Assembly: GCA_000091205.1 (NCBI GenBank)
Contig: AP006496.2
Strand: one strand, 5' to 3'
Origin: Cyanidioschyzon merolae
Taxonomy: Eukaryota
Length of the DNA: 64,000 nucleotides
This document shows, piece after piece, positions 61,513 through 64,000 of this stretch. How positions within the stretch are numbered: position 1 is the stretch's first letter; the number at the start of each line of letters is the position of its first letter. The position numbers were made by a program, and so were the translations under genes. The notes beneath the pieces are model-generated. The model saw nothing but the letters and a program-made list of their open reading frames with translations. It searched no databases and was not told the DNA's origin.

Positions 61513-64000
61513 TCAACGATGCTCCTGTCCACAGCTTGCGTCGCTCGCGTAGCCGTCGAGAACACCTCGATACGTGCTCGTTTCAAAACGGAACATGCCA
61601 TAAGCGGAGCCCTGTTGTTGTAGCGTTTGCAGAGATGTCTCCAGCGGCACCGAACTCGCGTGAACCGCTGAACGTGCCCACTGTGCGCTGGGGTCGTGCT
61701 GTACCGGCCTTCCCGCGGCGTCTTTCGGATGTATGGTCGAGCACATGTTTCGTCCCTGAAACATTTGACCTGCAGCTTGCTTCTGCTCAGTGATTCCGTT
61801 CGATGCAATGCGACCGATCGACGGCAGACGAGGAATACCTGCTTTCGAAGCAGGGCAGTCTCGCCGCTTATGGCCGATTTTGCCGCAAGCAAAACAAGTG
61901 ATCCTCGCGGAACGATGTGATACACCGGCAACGACTCCCTCCGGAGCGCTTTTTTCGATGATACTGGTGCCCGCGGGCGCAGCCGCTTGTTCTGTCGCAG
62001 ACTCGCGACCCGAGTGCTTATCAGCACCGTTCCTGTCGGGAAGCGCGGCATGCTGTTGCATTGCTGCACGTTCTTCCGACGACGACGACGACGACGCGAC
62101 GTTTCCCTCGGAGCGCTGCGTCCTTTTCGCGTCCGTGGTGTCGTCCTGGGGAAACGCTCGTTTCCGCCGCGGAATATACGGCACAGCGGATACATCCACC
62201 AGCATAGCGGATGTCACCGATGCAGAAGCCGGCACCTGCTGACCCCCTGCTGCTGGTGTCTCGCGATTCATGTCGTCGTCGCCGTCGTCCCAGGCGGTGA
62301 GGAGAAGCTTGGCGGCGGCGTCGACGGCCGCCCCGGTATCCTCTTCCGCTGAAACTGATCGTCGACGAGGCCCTAGGGCTTTTCTGATCCCCGCAATCTG
62401 CTCGGTAATGTGTTGCAACGAGGCAGCACGGCGATGCTCAACCGCCTCCATCGCCTGTTGTTCGTCGAGCGCGCTGGCGAAGGGTCCCCCGCTGATCCAA
62501 CCGCTGCACGAGGCTGCTTGACAGAGGCATCGAATCGGAACAGAAGCGTCGCTCTCATTAAGATCCAGGTCGCGACGCGGTGATACCCGCTGCAACAGCG
62601 ACGTCTCCTCGGCGGCAGCAGCAGCAGCAGCGCGTCTCTCCATTCGGTAGTCGAAGGTGAGCTCCTCGCCAGCCGCGATATCACGACTGGCAAAGATACC
62701 GACGCGAACTTTGCCAAGCACGAGCCATTTCTGCGTGTGGCAGTTCGGCTCGCACGAGTGGTTCAGAAACCGACCCCAGGTTCCTTTGCGACTTGCATCG
62801 AGAAACGTGCTCTGGTCAAGCGTCATGAAATAGACATGTCGTTCGAGGGCGTGATCGCGCTTCCGGCGAGCAAGTTCCGTCGGGCCAATCACTTCACCCA
62901 TGTACTCCACGATAAAGTCACCTTTCTTGAGCGGCGCTCGGCTGCGGATACCACAACCACGGCCGTTTGGACTGAAGAAGAGCTCCACGGGAGCATAGGC
63001 TTGTCGCTGGAATCGCATGTTGCCACATTGCGGATCCGTACTGCTCCGCGACCGAGCAACTGGGCATGTCGCCGGATTGCATTCCACGCACACAGTGCTG
63101 TTCAGGCAGACTCCGGGTACGCATGCTCCAATGCACTGACACACATCGGCATGTGCTGGTGCAACGGACGGTGGAACCAGATACTCGTTCGCCGTTAAAT
63201 GGATAAACGGTGACGGTTTCCCGTCATCCGTATCCAGCATCCGCTGCTTCCTGTCCTCGAGAATGGCCAGTCGGTAGGAGAGCAGCGTATACCAGCTACG
63301 CTCGCCAAAGTCTCCAGCGGACAAACGGGACCAGTCCCAGTCTGGCAGTCGGAGACAAGTGGAAGGCTCAGCGGCGTCAGGTGCTGTCGACGGCCTTTCC
63401 TGCGACACGTCTACTGCTTCTACACTGGTGTGGAGAGGGTGCAAGCCCGCTGCAACCGACGCCTCCCGTCGCCGATTCTCCAATCCGTGGAGGAGCACCA
63501 TGTAGGCAGCGCGATCGTCGGTATTGGTCAGGCGTCCAGCGACAAGCGGCAGTCGCCGGAGAACCGCCAGTAGTCGATCGAGTCCGCGGCGACTGGAGAA
63601 GCCCAAGGCATTGCAGACTCGTTGCAGAAACAGCTCGGACGATTCGCGCAAACAGGCTACGTGGCAGCTGGCCAGAAAGCGCATCACCGCTGGGAAGAAG
63701 GCATCTCGAACGACGCGCATCGTCTGTTGTGCAAGGGCGTCTTCGGTGAGAGTCTCGTCGCTGGACGAATCCTCGATGTCGTCTTCGCGCAGGCCCTCTG
63801 TCAGCAGTTCCCAGAGACGCCTCAGCAGGTCTGCCCAGGTCGATACTGCACTCGCTTCGCTGAGCGCTCGAAGCAGGAGCTTGGAATCCGCACAACACAG
63901 ACGGGTGAAGGTCTCCAAAAGTTGATGCCTGAGGGTGCTTGCGCCGTAGCGCTCCAGCTGCCGGGCCGAACTGGTGCCCCAGGCCTCCTTGCAGATCTTC
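61513..64000 (-). CDS. AWS-SET-postSET histone-lysine methyltransferase (SET2/ASH1/NSD-like) with a C-terminal CCHC zinc knuckle; 5' end runs off the window
   Basis: AWS 'CQCIGACVPGVCLNSTVCVECNPATCP'. SET 'GCGIRSRAPLKKGDFIVEYMGEVI...GTWGRFLNHSCEPNCHTQKWLVLGKVRVGIFASRDIAAGEELTFDY' (aa ~259-460, nt ~62540-63145). Post-SET Cys cluster. Zinc knuckle 'CFACGKIGHKRRDC' at ~61855-61896. The track 'start' at 63918 is TTG, and the frame stays open to nt 64000, so the gene is truncated by the window. Confidence 0.75.
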   Translation of the reverse strand, partial: KICKEAWGTSSARQLERYGASTLRHQLLETFTRLCCADSKLLLRALSEASAVSTWADLLRRLWELLTEGLREDDIEDSSSDETLTEDALAQQTMRVVRDAFFPAVMRFLASCHVACLRESSELFLQRVCNALGFSSRRGLDRLLAVLRRLPLVAGRLTNTDDRAAYMVLLHGLENRRREASVAAGLHPLHTSVEAVDVSQERPSTAPDAAEPSTCLRLPDWDWSRLSAGDFGERSWYTLLSYRLAILEDRKQRMLDTDDGKPSPFIHLTANEYLVPPSVAPAHADVCQCIGACVPGVCLNSTVCVECNPATCPVARSRSSTDPQCGNMRFQRQAYAPVELFFSPNGRGCGIRSRAPLKKGDFIVEYMGEVIGPTELARRKRDHALERHVYFMTLDQSTFLDASRKGTWGRFLNHSCEPNCHTQKWLVLGKVRVGIFASRDIAAGEELTFDYRMERRAAAAAAAEETSLLQRVSPRRDLDLNESDASVPIRCLCQAASCSGWISGGPFASALDEQQAMEAVEHRRAASLQHITEQIAGIRKALGPRRRSVSAEEDTGAAVDAAAKLLLTAWDDGDDDMNRETPAAGGQQVPASASVTSAMLVDVSAVPYIPRRKRAFPQDDTTDAKRTQRSEGNVASSSSSSEERAAMQQHAALPDRNGADKHSGRESATEQAAAPAGTSIIEKSAPEGVVAGVSHRSARITCFACGKIGHKRRDCPASKAGIPRLPSIGRIASNGITEQKQAAGQMFQGRNMCSTIHPKDAAGRPVQHDPSAQWARSAVHASSVPLETSLQTLQQQGSAYGMFRFETSTYRGVLDGYASDASCGQEHR

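Noticed and set aside
61311-62195. 294-aa Arg-rich ORF on the minus strand
   Set aside because: It overlaps the C-terminal part of the SET-domain gene in another frame and is low-complexity. It is a shadow ORF typical of GC-rich DNA.
1-64000. Prokaryotic interpretation (operons, defence systems, CRISPR)
   Set aside because: The window holds gamma-tubulin, FANCD2, MIS12, SmD2, OSBP, MIC10, Hedgehog-type Hint proteins and a canonical GT-AG spliceosomal intron. No CRISPR-like regular repeat-spacer array is present; all periodic repeats are simple microsatellites.

Overview
The window is a GC-rich (~58-60%) eukaryotic nuclear segment, not prokaryotic. It is gene-dense at roughly one gene per 2-3 kb, and most genes are single-exon. 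I confirmed one spliceosomal intron by eye: 77 nt with GTAAGT...CTAAC...TAG, in the PEPCK gene. Many 'M' starts in the ORF track are actually GTG/TTG codons, so I re-anchored CDS starts on the first in-frame ATG.

Genes I recognise with reasonable confidence:
- NAD-dependent epimerase/reductase
- ATP-dependent PEP carboxykinase (2 exons)
- Na+/H+ exchanger (NHE)
- twin-Cx9C CHCH protein
- glucosidase II beta-subunit-like protein
- PsbP-domain thylakoid-lumen protein with a twin-arginine signal
- MICOS subunit MIC10
- G-patch protein
- ABCG half-transporter
- PQ-loop transporter
- two paralogous secreted Hedgehog/Hint ('Hog') autoprocessing proteins
- oxysterol-binding protein-related protein (ORP)
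- an SmD2 Sm-domain protein fused to an N-terminal SAP motif
- gamma-tubulin
- MIS12
- FANCD2
- OGFOD1/Tpa1 prolyl hydroxylase
- RWP-RK transcription factor
- histidine phosphatase (PGAM-like)
- a 5'-truncated AWS-SET-postSET methyltransferase with a CCHC zinc knuckle.

The plastid-type PsbP protein with a transit-peptide/TAT N-terminus and the RWP-RK factor point to an alga with a primary plastid (green or red lineage). I cannot name the species.

I found no tRNA, rRNA, CRISPR or clear transposon. Repeats are microsatellites (CAG/CTG, CA, GAC, GGAGGAGTA), a 62-bp tandem duplication, and one diverged ~160-bp repeat pair in inverted orientation.

Most notable observations:
- The tandem pair of Hog-domain genes carries an uncharacterised N-terminal 'cargo' domain.
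- A continuous SAP-(QQQE)n-SmD2 open reading frame.
- Linked cell-division and genome-stability genes: gamma-tubulin is divergent to MIS12, and MIS12 is convergent with FANCD2.
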